A DNA stretch of 64,000 bases, from positions 2,207-66,206 of the forward strand of contig JBDRYB010000007.1 in NCBI GenBank assembly GCA_039803205.1, in the 5' to 3' direction. Below are positions 47,293-57,757 of this stretch, piece by piece (positions within the stretch are counted from its first letter, which is position 1; each line of letters begins with the position of its first letter). This DNA comes from a candidate division WOR-3 bacterium. GTDB taxonomy: Bacteria > Hydrothermota > Hydrothermia > JBDRYB01. Under the pieces are notes generated by a model. That model ran no database searches and was not told the origin of the DNA. It saw only the letters and a program-made list of their open reading frames with translations. The translations under genes and the position numbers were made by a program.

Positions 47293-50200
47293 GACCCAGT
47301 ATATCCCTGAGCTCGTCGTCCGATAGCTCGGTGAAGTATGTCTCACCGTGAGATAGGATGTCCTCAGCGAGCCCCTTTTTCCTCAAAAGGAGCTCGTTTA
47401 TCTTCTCCTCCAGGGTCCCCCTTGTCATGAGCCTGTGAACCATTACCCTACGGGTCTGGCCTATTCTGTGGGCCCTATCCGTTGCCTGGCTTTCGGTTGC
47501 CGGGTTCCACCACAGATCAAAGTGGATCACATGGCTCGCGCGCTCGAGGTTAAGCCCAACCCCTCCTGTCTTGAGGGTGAATATGGCAACCGGCACCGCC
47601 CCTTCCTGGAATGAGCGCACGAGATCCTGTCTCTTTGGGACATTCACTCCTCCGTGAAGGAGTAGCGGCGATATTCCGAGCTCAGCCTCTATCATATCCC
47701 TGAGCAACAAGGCCATTTCCTTGAACTGGGTAAACAGGAGAACGCTCTCGCGAGCAGACACGATTTCCCGGATGAGGGGCAGGAGGGCCTTTGTCTTTCC
47801 GGAACGGGAAGGATCGGGATCAGCAAAGGAGTCAAAGTGGCGCGGGTGGTTGCAGATCTTCTTGAGCTTGACGATGAGGTTCAGTATAGAGTTCTTGCGC
47901 TTCATGCCCCCCGCTCCCTTTATTGCCCTTAGGCCATCATCAACAACAGCCTGATAAAGGCTCGCCTGTTCAGGAGTGAGCGGGCAGTAGTAATCCTTCT
48001 CTATCTTCTCGGGCAGGTCAGGCGCAATACCTGGGTCTGTCTTTAGCCTTCTGAGAACCAGAGGGGAGATCGCTTTGCGCAAGAGCTCCCGCTTGGAAGA
48101 ATCGCCGTATTTCTGGATTGGCTTAGCCAACTTCTCGTAAAAAGAGCCCCAAGACCCAAGGTATCCGGGGACCAGGAAATCCATTATGCTCCAGAGGTCC
48201 TGGAGGCTGTTCTCTATTGGGGTTCCTGTCATGGCTATTCTGAGATCCGAGTTGAGGGATTTGAGGCTTTTGGTCTGTTGTGCCTGTGGGTTCTTGATGT
48301 TCTGCGCCTCGTCCGCTATGACCACGCTCCAGGCCATTTTTCTCAGGGTGGCATCCTCCCTCACCATCCCGTATGTGGTTATGACCACAGCCGTGTTGCG
48401 CCTAATCTTCCTGTTCCCTCCGTGATATATCTGGCAGGTAAGCGAGGGCGCGAACCTCTTTATCTCCTTCTCCCAATTATGCATGAGTGAAGCAGGACAG
48501 ACAACGAGGGCAGGCCCTTTTATCCTTTTGGATTGACGAAGGTAAAGGAGCGCGGAGATGACCTGGACCGTTTTCCCAAGGCCCATATCGTCAGCAATGC
48601 AGGGGCATGCTCCCAGGATTAGATTGTTAACGAGCCAACGGAACCCCCGTATTTGATAAGGCCGGAGCTCGGTTTTGAGCCCATTCGGGACGGGAAAATC
48701 CTCCGGTTTTCTCAGCTTCTCAAGGAACTCTACGACCCCCCTATCCCTTTCCACTTCCTCCCCAGCAACCAGCGAAGCTGGGGCAGAAAGGGCCTCCTTT
48801 GCCCTTTCCGCTTTATGCATGAACCGGCTGAGCTCTCCTGGCTCAACCAAAACCCACTCATCTCGGATCCTCACAAGCCCAAGCTTGTCCCTGACGAGGC
48901 TCTCAAACTCATCAAGGCTCATCTCGCTCTCGCCAACAGAGACCGTCCACTTGAAGTCAACTATATCCTGGAGGTCCAAGAACTTCGTTATCACGGCCTT
49001 GGCCTTTGCCTTGCGCTTGATGGCTACCTCGCTCATCCTAATGAAGCTTTTTGGGAGAAGGAGCTTGCCCCCTGCCAGCTCAATAAATGGGGCTGTTTTG
49101 GTTATGAGGTCAAGGGTCTGGGCCTGGGATAGTCTTAGTTTGCCCTTATCAACGAGTTCCTTTACGCCGGGGAAGAATCCTGATATGTAGTGAAGGGCCC
49201 TGAGGGTATCCTCCGAAAGGGCATTTCTGAGAGGCAGGGCCCCCCTTTCGGTTCTGACGCTCAGGCTCATCTCCCAGCTGTTTCTGGCACCCGGCTCAAG
49301 CGAGAACAAAAGCCTCGGGGACCCTGGCCTGAGGAGCGCGAACGCACCGAGCCAGTTCTCAAGGGCCGCAGCAGAGCCCTCCTCCTTGATCCCCCTGATT
49401 GCAAGCGGCTCCCTTGAGGAGAGGAATCCTTCGCTCCGCGGGGCTGTTTTGGCTATGTGTTTGGTTATGATTCCCGTCAGGAATAGCCTTATTCCCTCTT
49501 CGGGCGTGCAATATTGCTTTGGGTTTTTGGGTTTGGCCACCGGAAACATTCCGAGAGGGCAAGCGCGCGAGAGCTCCACAAAGAGCCCCTCGGCTTTGCC
49601 GACAATGAGAGGGACCCACTCAATCCACAAGAGATCTTTTAGCCTGACTGTTCTTGGAATCATATGCCAGGAATCCACGAGAGAGGCCGCGAACCTAGAG
49701 AGCACGGAAGCGAACCTCAACGAATCCGTGAGCGAGGGGTCCTGTGGGAGGGATTGGAGATGAACCCATGCAGAATACAGACCCCTTGGAAACCCTGATA
49801 CGCTCCTCAAGTTTCCCCTGTGAAAAACGGGAACTATCCTCTCACCATCAATCCTGAAGGCCACCTCAATCCCTTGCCACTTATGGAGAGGAGCCGGTTC
49901 ATCCGGCAGTCCCCTTTTTGCCTCAAGGAGTATCTTCATGAATCTATCGCCTGTGGTTTTGGGGAGGGTCTCCGGGACGCTAGTGAGTAGCGCGGCGATC
50001 TTATGGCTGGTTTCCTCCGGAAGGGAGAGGTCCAGGCCCGATATATCGTTTCTCATCCTGTAGGGTTCCTTTACGGAATCCGCTGGGATGCGTTGAGCGA
50101 TGGGAGCCTCATTCTGGCTTCCCACAGCGCGCTTGAAGCTTTCGGGGTCTATTCCCCTCACTCTGAAGAGGATGAAGGGGTCTTTGTCTATTTCCTCTGC

Positions 50201-50617
50201 CATAACATACAGAACAGAGGCTATGTGCTTGCAGGGGTTCGCCCAGTCAGGGCAGGAGCAATTGGTCTCAAACTCTTCCTCCCTAGAGGGAAGAATGAGG
50301 GGACCGAGTCCCTCGGGCAACTTGCCTGAGAGCAATTCGGCCAGCATAAATGGGCTTTGTCTTACTCTATAAGCGAGCGCTTCAACCTCCTGTGGCGAGA
50401 GGCTTCTGAGCGCGATCCTCACCTTATACGGGGTTCTTCTGGTTCCTTGAACCGAAGCAACGATAAGCCCATTCGTGAGAACATTTACGGAAAGGACATT
50501 CCCGGCCCTCGCGTAGCTTCTGCCCCTTGGTAGGCGATTGGCGTAGTGCCTACCGAGGTGCTCAAGCGCGTGAACCCAAGCCTTTCCCCACCATGTTTTT
50601 CCGAAATCCCGTCCCAT
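47282..50617 (-). CDS. SWIM zinc finger fused to SNF2-family helicase
   Basis: CSCPDWANPCKH (SWIM); LRPYQ..G, ADDMGLGKT, DEAQ.IKN, TGTPIEN, LRRLK, FTQF, GLNL..A..VIH.D.WWNPA...QATDRAHRIGQ. Confidence 0.93.
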   Translation of the reverse strand: MGRDFGKTWWGKAWVHALEHLGRHYANRLPRGRSYARAGNVLSVNVLTNGLIVASVQGTRRTPYKVRIALRSLSPQEVEALAYRVRQSPFMLAELLSGKLPEGLGPLILPSREEEFETNCSCPDWANPCKHIASVLYVMAEEIDKDPFILFRVRGIDPESFKRAVGSQNEAPIAQRIPADSVKEPYRMRNDISGLDLSLPEETSHKIAALLTSVPETLPKTTGDRFMKILLEAKRGLPDEPAPLHKWQGIEVAFRIDGERIVPVFHRGNLRSVSGFPRGLYSAWVHLQSLPQDPSLTDSLRFASVLSRFAASLVDSWHMIPRTVRLKDLLWIEWVPLIVGKAEGLFVELSRACPLGMFPVAKPKNPKQYCTPEEGIRLFLTGIITKHIAKTAPRSEGFLSSREPLAIRGIKEEGSAAALENWLGAFALLRPGSPRLLFSLEPGARNSWEMSLSVRTERGALPLRNALSEDTLRALHYISGFFPGVKELVDKGKLRLSQAQTLDLITKTAPFIELAGGKLLLPKSFIRMSEVAIKRKAKAKAVITKFLDLQDIVDFKWTVSVGESEMSLDEFESLVRDKLGLVRIRDEWVLVEPGELSRFMHKAERAKEALSAPASLVAGEEVERDRGVVEFLEKLRKPEDFPVPNGLKTELRPYQIRGFRWLVNNLILGACPCIADDMGLGKTVQVISALLYLRQSKRIKGPALVVCPASLMHNWEKEIKRFAPSLTCQIYHGGNRKIRRNTAVVITTYGMVREDATLRKMAWSVVIADEAQNIKNPQAQQTKSLKSLNSDLRIAMTGTPIENSLQDLWSIMDFLVPGYLGSWGSFYEKLAKPIQKYGDSSKRELLRKAISPLVLRRLKTDPGIAPDLPEKIEKDYYCPLTPEQASLYQAVVDDGLRAIKGAGGMKRKNSILNLIVKLKKICNHPRHFDSFADPDPSRSGKTKALLPLIREIVSARESVLLFTQFKEMALLLRDMIEAELGISPLLLHGGVNVPKRQDLVRSFQEGAVPVAIFTLKTGGVGLNLERASHVIHFDLWWNPATESQATDRAHRIGQTRRVMVHRLMTRGTLEEKINELLLRKKGLAEDILSHGETYFTELSDDELRDILGLSA

Positions 50618-50623
50618 TTGGTT

Positions 50624-51487
50624 CTATAAGCCTGCCCCCCAGCTTGCCTTATCCGCGAACCCCTCTCCATCAAAGCTGTATATCACGAAACTCTCACCCT
50701 CGTAGTAGGCCTCCTGGGCTATTACCTCAAGGACCCCATCGCCATTTAGGTCCCAGAGCCCCATGAGCTCAGCCTTAACAGAAACCCCCGCTTCCTCGGG
50801 ACTGTCAAACTTCTCCTTGTAGACCGGATAAAACCTCTCTTTGCCGTTTGTGCTCTTCACCATAACGAGGAAGGAGTATAGGGGCCCACTCTGCCCCCAG
50901 AATATGAGATAATCCCTTGAGCTCTGCGCTGATATGAATGTCTCGGCCTTGCCATCGCCGTCTATGTCAGCCTCTACTACCTGGGATATGTTCAACCCTT
51001 TTGCGCCCTCACCTTTGATTCCCATCTCAGCGAGGTAATCAAGCGCCAACTCTTTGTGCTTCTGTTTGGGAGAGGGGATCACATTGGCTTTGGGAGGCTT
51101 TCCTCCGGGGTCCAGAATGCAGAGAATAGGCTCTACCCCTGTTATGTTGAGATCAGAAGGGTTTGAACTCCCTTCAATATACACAGTCCCAGCATCCGGT
51201 GGTTCCTCTGATGGAGGGGTGAAACCCCTAGCCTTGAATCTGCCGATCTTGCCAGAGCCGAGCTTCACTATGTCAAGCTCGGTCCCTTCCTTGATGTATT
51301 CAAGACACTGGGTATCTGCGAGCCATCCTTGGCCTTTCGCATAACCTCCTATTGGATTTATCTGATCCCCCCAATACGCCAGCACGATCCTGGGGCCCTT
51401 TTTGCCAAAACCAAAAGCCTTGGCTGGCGCTTCCAATAGCCCGCATCCAAAGAACAAACCCAAAACAAAAAGCGCAAACCTTTTCAT
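50624..51487 (-). CDS. Hypothetical exported protein with FG-GAP-like motifs
   Basis: Signal/lipobox-like FFGC; ADIDGDGKAE and WDLNGDGVLE; SD AGGAG before ATG 51487. Confidence 0.65.
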   Translation of the reverse strand: MKRFALFVLGLFFGCGLLEAPAKAFGFGKKGPRIVLAYWGDQINPIGGYAKGQGWLADTQCLEYIKEGTELDIVKLGSGKIGRFKARGFTPPSEEPPDAGTVYIEGSSNPSDLNITGVEPILCILDPGGKPPKANVIPSPKQKHKELALDYLAEMGIKGEGAKGLNISQVVEADIDGDGKAETFISAQSSRDYLIFWGQSGPLYSFLVMVKSTNGKERFYPVYKEKFDSPEEAGVSVKAELMGLWDLNGDGVLEVIAQEAYYEGESFVIYSFDGEGFADKASWGAGL

Positions 51488-53370
51488 GGCTGTCTCCTGA
51501 AGACCCAGCACTTTTTGGTTTCCTCAGCGGATAGGCCAGTTGCCCTTGATAGCATCTCGGCGTCCTGTGCCGAAAGCCCCCTAACCAGATATTGCTCTTT
51601 CTTTTGTCTGAGCTTCAGACCCATGAGCTCCTGGACCAGGTATCTGAGCTTTTCGGCCGGCGCGGCATCGGAAAGCCCTGCCTTTATTAGGAACTCGTGG
51701 AGTGCTTCGGGATGGTCCCTGAAGTAGTCAAGGGCCGCTGATAGCGCAGATACGGCCTTTTCGGAAACCGCGATATCCCTCTCCGGTTTCCCAAAAAGGG
51801 CAACTAGCGCGATTATCAGGCCGAAGCTGGCCGCTATCGCACCGGATACCATGAAACCCACGGACGAGGATTTCATAAGGGGTATGGTGAAATAAAGGGT
51901 ATCAACCATCCAGTGGGTCATTATCGCTGTAAAAAGCCCGTAGCGCCAGAACACCAGAGCGAAAAGAAGTCCGCCTATGGTCAGCTCAATTCCCCGGAAA
52001 TAGACCGGGAATATCTGGTAGCCTGAGTGCAGGAAGGCCCAGATTATGGTAGGTATCAAGAAGGCCAGGAAGGTGTTTCTGACAGCCTTCTTGAAGAGCG
52101 CGAATCCAAAGAAACGGAACAGGACCTCCTCGTTCAGGCCCGCGGAAAGGGATGTTCCAAGGGCAAAGAGCGCGGGAATGGATGATGCGAAGACCAGGGT
52201 GTATTCGCTCTCAGCAGGGGCCCAGACCCCCATGAACTTTACCCCTAGAAGGTAGATTATCACCTGAAGGCCCATGAAGAAGAAGGCCAACGGATACGAG
52301 AGCAAAGCCCAGCCAGCCATGCGCCGGGAAAGCCTTCCCCTTGAAAGAGGGAGGAGCCCCCACAGGGTTTCCTTTTTGGTGATAGCCCCGCCTGCCCAGC
52401 CTGAGACGACGCCAACGAAGAAGCCTATTACCAGGACTGCCAGGGCCATACTAATGAAAACCTGCGCTAGATAGCTTGAGAGCTGGTTCGCTGTTTCATA
52501 CCTGGCCAGGTAGGTTGGGATCAGGGTTGCGTTTGAAATGAGGATTGAGAGGCCCAAGGCGACGCCTACAAGGGTAGCGAGCCTTATGTCGTTGCCCCGT
52601 TTGCGGAGGCTCACGAAGAACATTATCACCCCGACGAAGACCATGAGGACAGCGAAGAGCGTAGCTATGGTGCCCAAGAGACTGCCAAAGGAGCGCTGGG
52701 ATTGATAGTTTCTCGTGAATTCCTCCGGAACCTTTAGATACTTTACTACCGAGGCAACCTCCGACCCACATATTACGACATCCACCCTCAGATCGGAATC
52801 TCCCCATTTCGCGGAGGGCTTCTTGAATGTGAAGTAATAATCCCTCCTGGCCTTGCGGTCCTCGGATGAGGACTTGACGAGCTCCCATTCTGCAGGCTCT
52901 ACTCCAAACTCCTCGCGCAGATGAGATTTAGCTATATCCAGAGCATCAGCCTCTTCAAGGTAATCCCCGGGTGCGTCCTCCGGGATGATGTGCTGGAAAG
53001 CGGAGATCCTGCCGTCTGGCTCAATCCTCGCTATGAACTCCTCCTTCGTTAGAGGCTTGAAGAAGCGGACGCGCCAGAACCATATGGGGACAGTGGTCTT
53101 ACCCAATGCGTTAGCGGAATCAATTCCCACGGTTTTCTGCAGGTAGACCGAGGCCTCGTTGTCCGCGGAGAATATCGTTGCCTCTTGGTAGCCTGATAGG
53201 TTCACGCCCCTTCCGGTCCAGAAATCCCTTGCCCTTATAACCACATCGGACTTTGAGAGCTTGAGATCCACCGCGGCTGAGGGCAGGACCTTCTCGTAGA
53301 AACCAAAGAAAAGCCCAGCCCCAACTATACCAGCCAAAACGATGATCAAGTATTCAAGCCATTTCTTCAT
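51484..53370 (-). CDS. CPBP (CAAX/Abi) family intramembrane metalloprotease with large periplasmic domain
   Basis: AGLNEEVLFRFF, WAFLH, HW motifs in multi-TM C-terminal half. Confidence 0.85.
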   Translation of the reverse strand: MKKWLEYLIIVLAGIVGAGLFFGFYEKVLPSAAVDLKLSKSDVVIRARDFWTGRGVNLSGYQEATIFSADNEASVYLQKTVGIDSANALGKTTVPIWFWRVRFFKPLTKEEFIARIEPDGRISAFQHIIPEDAPGDYLEEADALDIAKSHLREEFGVEPAEWELVKSSSEDRKARRDYYFTFKKPSAKWGDSDLRVDVVICGSEVASVVKYLKVPEEFTRNYQSQRSFGSLLGTIATLFAVLMVFVGVIMFFVSLRKRGNDIRLATLVGVALGLSILISNATLIPTYLARYETANQLSSYLAQVFISMALAVLVIGFFVGVVSGWAGGAITKKETLWGLLPLSRGRLSRRMAGWALLSYPLAFFFMGLQVIIYLLGVKFMGVWAPAESEYTLVFASSIPALFALGTSLSAGLNEEVLFRFFGFALFKKAVRNTFLAFLIPTIIWAFLHSGYQIFPVYFRGIELTIGGLLFALVFWRYGLFTAIMTHWMVDTLYFTIPLMKSSSVGFMVSGAIAASFGLIIALVALFGKPERDIAVSEKAVSALSAALDYFRDHPEALHEFLIKAGLSDAAPAEKLRYLVQELMGLKLRQKKEQYLVRGLSAQDAEMLSRATGLSAEETKKCWVFRRQP

Positions 53371-53440
53371 GGCGAAATATTAAACCAAGCGCTCGGGGCG
53401 TTTCAAAGATTATATCTTCTCATTTCGCGCCGCGAACGAG

Positions 53441-55807
53441 CTAGAGCCTCAGCCAATCCAGGTAATCGGAGGCAGAGGCTATGGGTCTGCGCTTCTTGGA
53501 GGGGAATACCTCCGATAGGAACTCATCGCAAGCAGAGACATATTTTACCGTGAGGCCGGACAGAAGCCTTCCCTCCATCTTTTTGTTCGTGTAAGCAACC
53601 TCCTCCGCATTTGCAAGGGGCAGGTAAACGGTTTTTATCCCTGCCCTCTGTGCGGCCATGAGCTTCGCGACCAGGCCTCCGACCCTGAGAACCTGGCCCG
53701 TGAGGGTTATCTCGCCGGTGGCCGCGTTTGTCCCTGGAACAGGCTGTTTTGTGAGCGCTGAGACCATTGAGGCGAGAACAGCGAGACCAGCGGACGGGCC
53801 ATCCTTCGGTATTGCCCCTTCAGGGATGTGAATATGGATGTCAAGGAGCTCGTGGAAGTTTGGCGGCAGGCCCAGTTCGACCCTGTGCGCCTTGATGTAG
53901 CTCAAGGCCGCTTTTATTGATTCGTTTATTATCTCTCCGAGCTGGCCCGTTGTTATCAGGTTTCCCTTGCCCCGCGAGACAGTGGTTTCAACCCTGAGAG
54001 CGTCCCCTCCCTGTTCTGTCCAAGCGAGGCCGTAGAAGACTCCAGGGGGGTTCTCCTCCTTAACCCGGTGCTCCTGAAACGCCGGAAGGTCCAGGAATTT
54101 TTCCAGGTTTGAAAGGGTTATGCTCGTTGGTTTGCTTTTCTCGACCTTCCTGCGGGCTGACTTGCGCATGAGCCTGGCTATCTGGCGTTCCAGCTCCCTT
54201 ACCCCTGCTTCCGATGTATATTCTCTTATTATCTTGAGTATGACATCAGGCGATATCGTGAAATCATCCGGTTCAAGCCCATGCTCCTCTAGGAGTTTTG
54301 GCACCAGGTGCCTTTTGGCTATTTCGGTCTTTTCAAAATCCGTATATCCTCTTAGGTATATCACATCCATCCTGTCAAGGAGGGGCTTCGGTATTCCTGC
54401 GGTGGAGTTTGCTGTGGTTATGAAAAGGACCTCGGATAGGTCAAACGGGAGCTCAAGATAGTGATCCATGAACTCCGCGTTTATCTCTGGGTCAAGAACC
54501 TCCATGAGAGCGGCTTGGGGGTCTCCCCTGTAATCCGTCCCGACCTTGTCAACCTCATCAAGGAGAAAGACCGGATTCTTCGTTCCTGCTCTCTTTACCT
54601 GTTGTATTATCTTCCCCGGAAGGGCCCCGACATATGTCCTCCTGTGGCCCCTTATCTCCGCCTCATCCCTCAATCCACCAAGGGAAGCCCTTACGAACTT
54701 CCTTCCGAGGGCACGGGCTATTGAGCGAGCGAGGGAGGTTTTACCCACGCCGGGCGGCCCAACAAAGCACAGGACCTGGCCCCTGGTTGCCCCTTTGAGC
54801 TGGAGCACGGCAAGATACTCAAGTATTCTCTCCTTGACCTCTGTGAGGCCATAGTGATCCTCATCAAGTGTTCTGCGAGCGTTTTCCAGGTCAAGGTTAT
54901 CCTCTGTTCGTGAATTCCAGGGCATCTCCGTGATCCAGTCAAGCCATGTCCTTATCACGCTCGCCTCAGGTGACATGGCTGGGGTCTTGGTAAGGCGTTT
55001 GAGCTCCGAGAGGGCTTTTTCCCTTGCTTCATCTGGCATCCCTATTCCGAGTATTCGCTTCTCATAAACCGAGAAGTCATCCTCTTCCTCCATCTCCTTC
55101 TTTATCTCATCCTGAAGCTGGGAGAGGATGACCTGTTTGTGCCCCCGGGCCAGCTCTTCCTTTACCCTGCCCTCCAGTTCTTGTCTGGTCTCAAGGTATT
55201 TTATGTGCCAAAGCAGTTGTTCGGATAGCTTCTTTGCCAGCTCAGGAAGGTCCTTTGATTCAAGGAGCTCCTGCTTTTTGTCGGGGTCGCCTGGCATGTG
55301 CGCTGAAGCGAGATAGAGAAATGTTTCGTTTGACTGGGAGAGAATGGTTTTGGTAAGCTCAGAAGGCAGATCGGGTATCATGGATACGAGCTTGGCGAAG
55401 AAGTCTTTCGCTACACGGGCCGCTGGCGCGAGAACCTTTTCATCCGCCCGAGGGAAGGGAAACATGTCTGCCCTCGCGGAATAATAGCCCCTAGTGAACA
55501 GGAGGTTTTGGACCTTGACCCTCTCCACGCCTTGGATCAGGATGTTTGCCCCGCCGTCCTCGCTCTCTACGCTGTGGACGATCGTTCCTATTGTTCCTAC
55601 CCTATATATCTCATCCGGCGATGGCTCTTCGTCATCCCCTTTTTGGAGCAGGAAGATCATCATCCCATCCCCGCGACCAGCCGCCCGGAGGGCTTTCAGA
55701 GACATCTCCCTCCTGACCATGACCGGAAGTATGGCCTCGGGGAAAAGCACTTCGCCCATGAGGACGATGACGGGTAATCGCTTTTCTGGCTTCGGTTTAT
55801 GCTTCAC
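53441..55807 (-). CDS. lon: ATP-dependent Lon protease
   Basis: GPPGVGKTS, HRRTYVGALPG, LLDEVDK, PKDGPSAG, catalytic Lys in VGGLVAK. Confidence 0.97.
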   Translation of the reverse strand: MKHKPKPEKRLPVIVLMGEVLFPEAILPVMVRREMSLKALRAAGRGDGMMIFLLQKGDDEEPSPDEIYRVGTIGTIVHSVESEDGGANILIQGVERVKVQNLLFTRGYYSARADMFPFPRADEKVLAPAARVAKDFFAKLVSMIPDLPSELTKTILSQSNETFLYLASAHMPGDPDKKQELLESKDLPELAKKLSEQLLWHIKYLETRQELEGRVKEELARGHKQVILSQLQDEIKKEMEEEDDFSVYEKRILGIGMPDEAREKALSELKRLTKTPAMSPEASVIRTWLDWITEMPWNSRTEDNLDLENARRTLDEDHYGLTEVKERILEYLAVLQLKGATRGQVLCFVGPPGVGKTSLARSIARALGRKFVRASLGGLRDEAEIRGHRRTYVGALPGKIIQQVKRAGTKNPVFLLDEVDKVGTDYRGDPQAALMEVLDPEINAEFMDHYLELPFDLSEVLFITTANSTAGIPKPLLDRMDVIYLRGYTDFEKTEIAKRHLVPKLLEEHGLEPDDFTISPDVILKIIREYTSEAGVRELERQIARLMRKSARRKVEKSKPTSITLSNLEKFLDLPAFQEHRVKEENPPGVFYGLAWTEQGGDALRVETTVSRGKGNLITTGQLGEIINESIKAALSYIKAHRVELGLPPNFHELLDIHIHIPEGAIPKDGPSAGLAVLASMVSALTKQPVPGTNAATGEITLTGQVLRVGGLVAKLMAAQRAGIKTVYLPLANAEEVAYTNKKMEGRLLSGLTVKYVSACDEFLSEVFPSKKRRPIASASDYLDWLRL

Positions 55808-57027
55808 AGGATGCCTCTCCTCTGGTCAGAGAAGACCAATATTGGTTCCCTTTCTCCTCTGGCGACCTCACCGTTCACTATGACCTTGGTTACATCCTTC
55901 ATGGACGGCAATTTATACATGGTGTCCAGCAATATGTCTTCCATGATGGAACGAAGCCCCCTCGCTCCAGAGCCCCTTTTGGCCGCGGCCCTGGCTATCT
56001 CCCTTATTGCCTCATCCGTTATCTCCAGCGCTACATCCTCCATTCCGAATATTCTTTTGAACTGTTTGACTATAGCGTTTCTCGGCTTGGTCATTATCTC
56101 CGCGAGCTCGTCCTCCGTGAGCGGCGAAAGCGTTACTATAACAGGAAGCCTCCCTACGAGCTCCGGTATCATCCCGAAGCTGATGAGGTCCTCTGGCTGA
56201 GCCAGCCTGTATAGCTCCTCTCTCGGCATGTCCTCCTGGCCCCGACCAAACCCTATTCCACCCCTTCCCAAGCGCTCCGCGACTATATCCGATAGTCCCT
56301 CAAAACTGCCAGCGAATATAAACAGTATGTCCCTCGTGTCCAGGGAAACCTTTTCCCTTCTGCCAGGCAAAGGAACATCCACAGCCGAACCCTCGGTTAT
56401 CTTGAGAAGTGCCTGCTGTGCACCCTCTCCGGAAACATCCCTTCCGGATCCGGGTTTCCTCGCGAGCTTGTCCGCCTCATCAAGATAGACTATCCCTATT
56501 CTCGCCTTGTCCATATCCCCGTTTGCCTCAGCAATGAGCCGGGTGAGTATTGCCTCCGCATCCTCCCCCACATAACCAGCCTCGGTTATCGGTGTTGCGT
56601 CAAAAATGACAATGGGAACCCCGATGAGCCTCGCGAGGGTTCTCGCCAGGAGGGTTTTTCCGGTCCCTGTTGGTCCAACGAGCAGGATGTTGCTCTTTTC
56701 CAGCTCCACATCGCTCTTGCCCATCCTCCTGTGGTTTATCCTTTTGTAATGATTATATACAGCCACCGAAAGCGTCTTTTTGGCCCTTTCCTGGCCGATC
56801 ACCCACTCGTCCAAGGCGGACTTTATCCTCTCGGGAACGGGTAGTTCCAGAGGCTCATCCGGATCAAGGGGGCTGCTGAGCAGTTCAACAGCGAGCCTGG
56901 CGCAATCAGGACATATAAAAGCATCAACTCCGGGCAAAAGGCGCCTTGTAGCGCTCTGAGGCTTGCCGCAGAACGAGCAGTAAGGCTCAGAAACCCTTTC
57001 CTTGGTCCTCGCCCTTTTCCTCTGCAT
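55804..57027 (-). CDS. clpX: ATP-dependent Clp protease ATP-binding subunit
   Basis: CSFCG..IC..C zinc domain, [24 protein letters not shown] loop, GARGLR. Confidence 0.97.
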   Translation of the reverse strand: MQRKRARTKERVSEPYCSFCGKPQSATRRLLPGVDAFICPDCARLAVELLSSPLDPDEPLELPVPERIKSALDEWVIGQERAKKTLSVAVYNHYKRINHRRMGKSDVELEKSNILLVGPTGTGKTLLARTLARLIGVPIVIFDATPITEAGYVGEDAEAILTRLIAEANGDMDKARIGIVYLDEADKLARKPGSGRDVSGEGAQQALLKITEGSAVDVPLPGRREKVSLDTRDILFIFAGSFEGLSDIVAERLGRGGIGFGRGQEDMPREELYRLAQPEDLISFGMIPELVGRLPVIVTLSPLTEDELAEIMTKPRNAIVKQFKRIFGMEDVALEITDEAIREIARAAAKRGSGARGLRSIMEDILLDTMYKLPSMKDVTKVIVNGEVARGEREPILVFSDQRRGIL

Positions 57028-57652
57028 CCTTCCTCCTTCCCCTGTCCGGAGCCGCTGTAATTATGTCGTCAACCAGGCCATAAGCCTTCGCCTCCTCCGC
57101 TGACATGTAGAAGTTGCGCTCCGTGTCCCTTTCTATAACCTCCAGAGGCTTTCCCGTGTGCTTTGCCAGGAGCTCCTGTAGCAATTTCTTGAGGGCCAGT
57201 ATCTCCTTTGCCTCTATCTCTATGTCAGTTGCCATGCCCTGCGCTCCACCCCAGGGCTGGTGTATCATAAGTCTTGAGTGCTGAAGAGCGAAACGTTTCC
57301 CCGGCGTGCCAGCCGCTACCAAAAGGGCTCCCATTGATGCGGCCATGCCTATGCACATGGTTACCACATCAGGCCTGATATACTGCATGGTGTCGTAAAT
57401 GGCGAGGCCAGATGTAACTATGCCGCCAGGTGTGTTTATGTAGAAGTATATGTCCTTGTCCGGGTCCTCAGCATCCAAATAAAGGAACTGGGCAATAATC
57501 AGGTTCGCCACATAGTCGTCTATTGGCATGCCAAGGAAAACGATCCGCTCCTTAAGGAGCCTTGAGAAGATATCGTAAGCCCTCTCCATGCGCCCGGTCT
57601 GCTCTATGACCATGGGCACCAGCTGACCTATCTTTCTATCTGCCTCTTTCAT
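56987..57652 (-). CDS. clpP: ATP-dependent Clp protease proteolytic subunit
   Basis: [46 protein letters not shown]. Confidence 0.97.
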   Translation of the reverse strand: MKEADRKIGQLVPMVIEQTGRMERAYDIFSRLLKERIVFLGMPIDDYVANLIIAQFLYLDAEDPDKDIYFYINTPGGIVTSGLAIYDTMQYIRPDVVTMCIGMAASMGALLVAAGTPGKRFALQHSRLMIHQPWGGAQGMATDIEIEAKEILALKKLLQELLAKHTGKPLEVIERDTERNFYMSAEEAKAYGLVDDIITAAPDRGRRKDAEEKGEDQGKGF

Positions 57653-57757
57653 TTGGGGAAAATTATAAGGCCAAACATGGGCCCCGGGCTACCCTTAACC
57701 TCACAGCGACATGTCGCGCTTGAATTTTCTGTCCGGATTGCTTTATAATATAAATCC

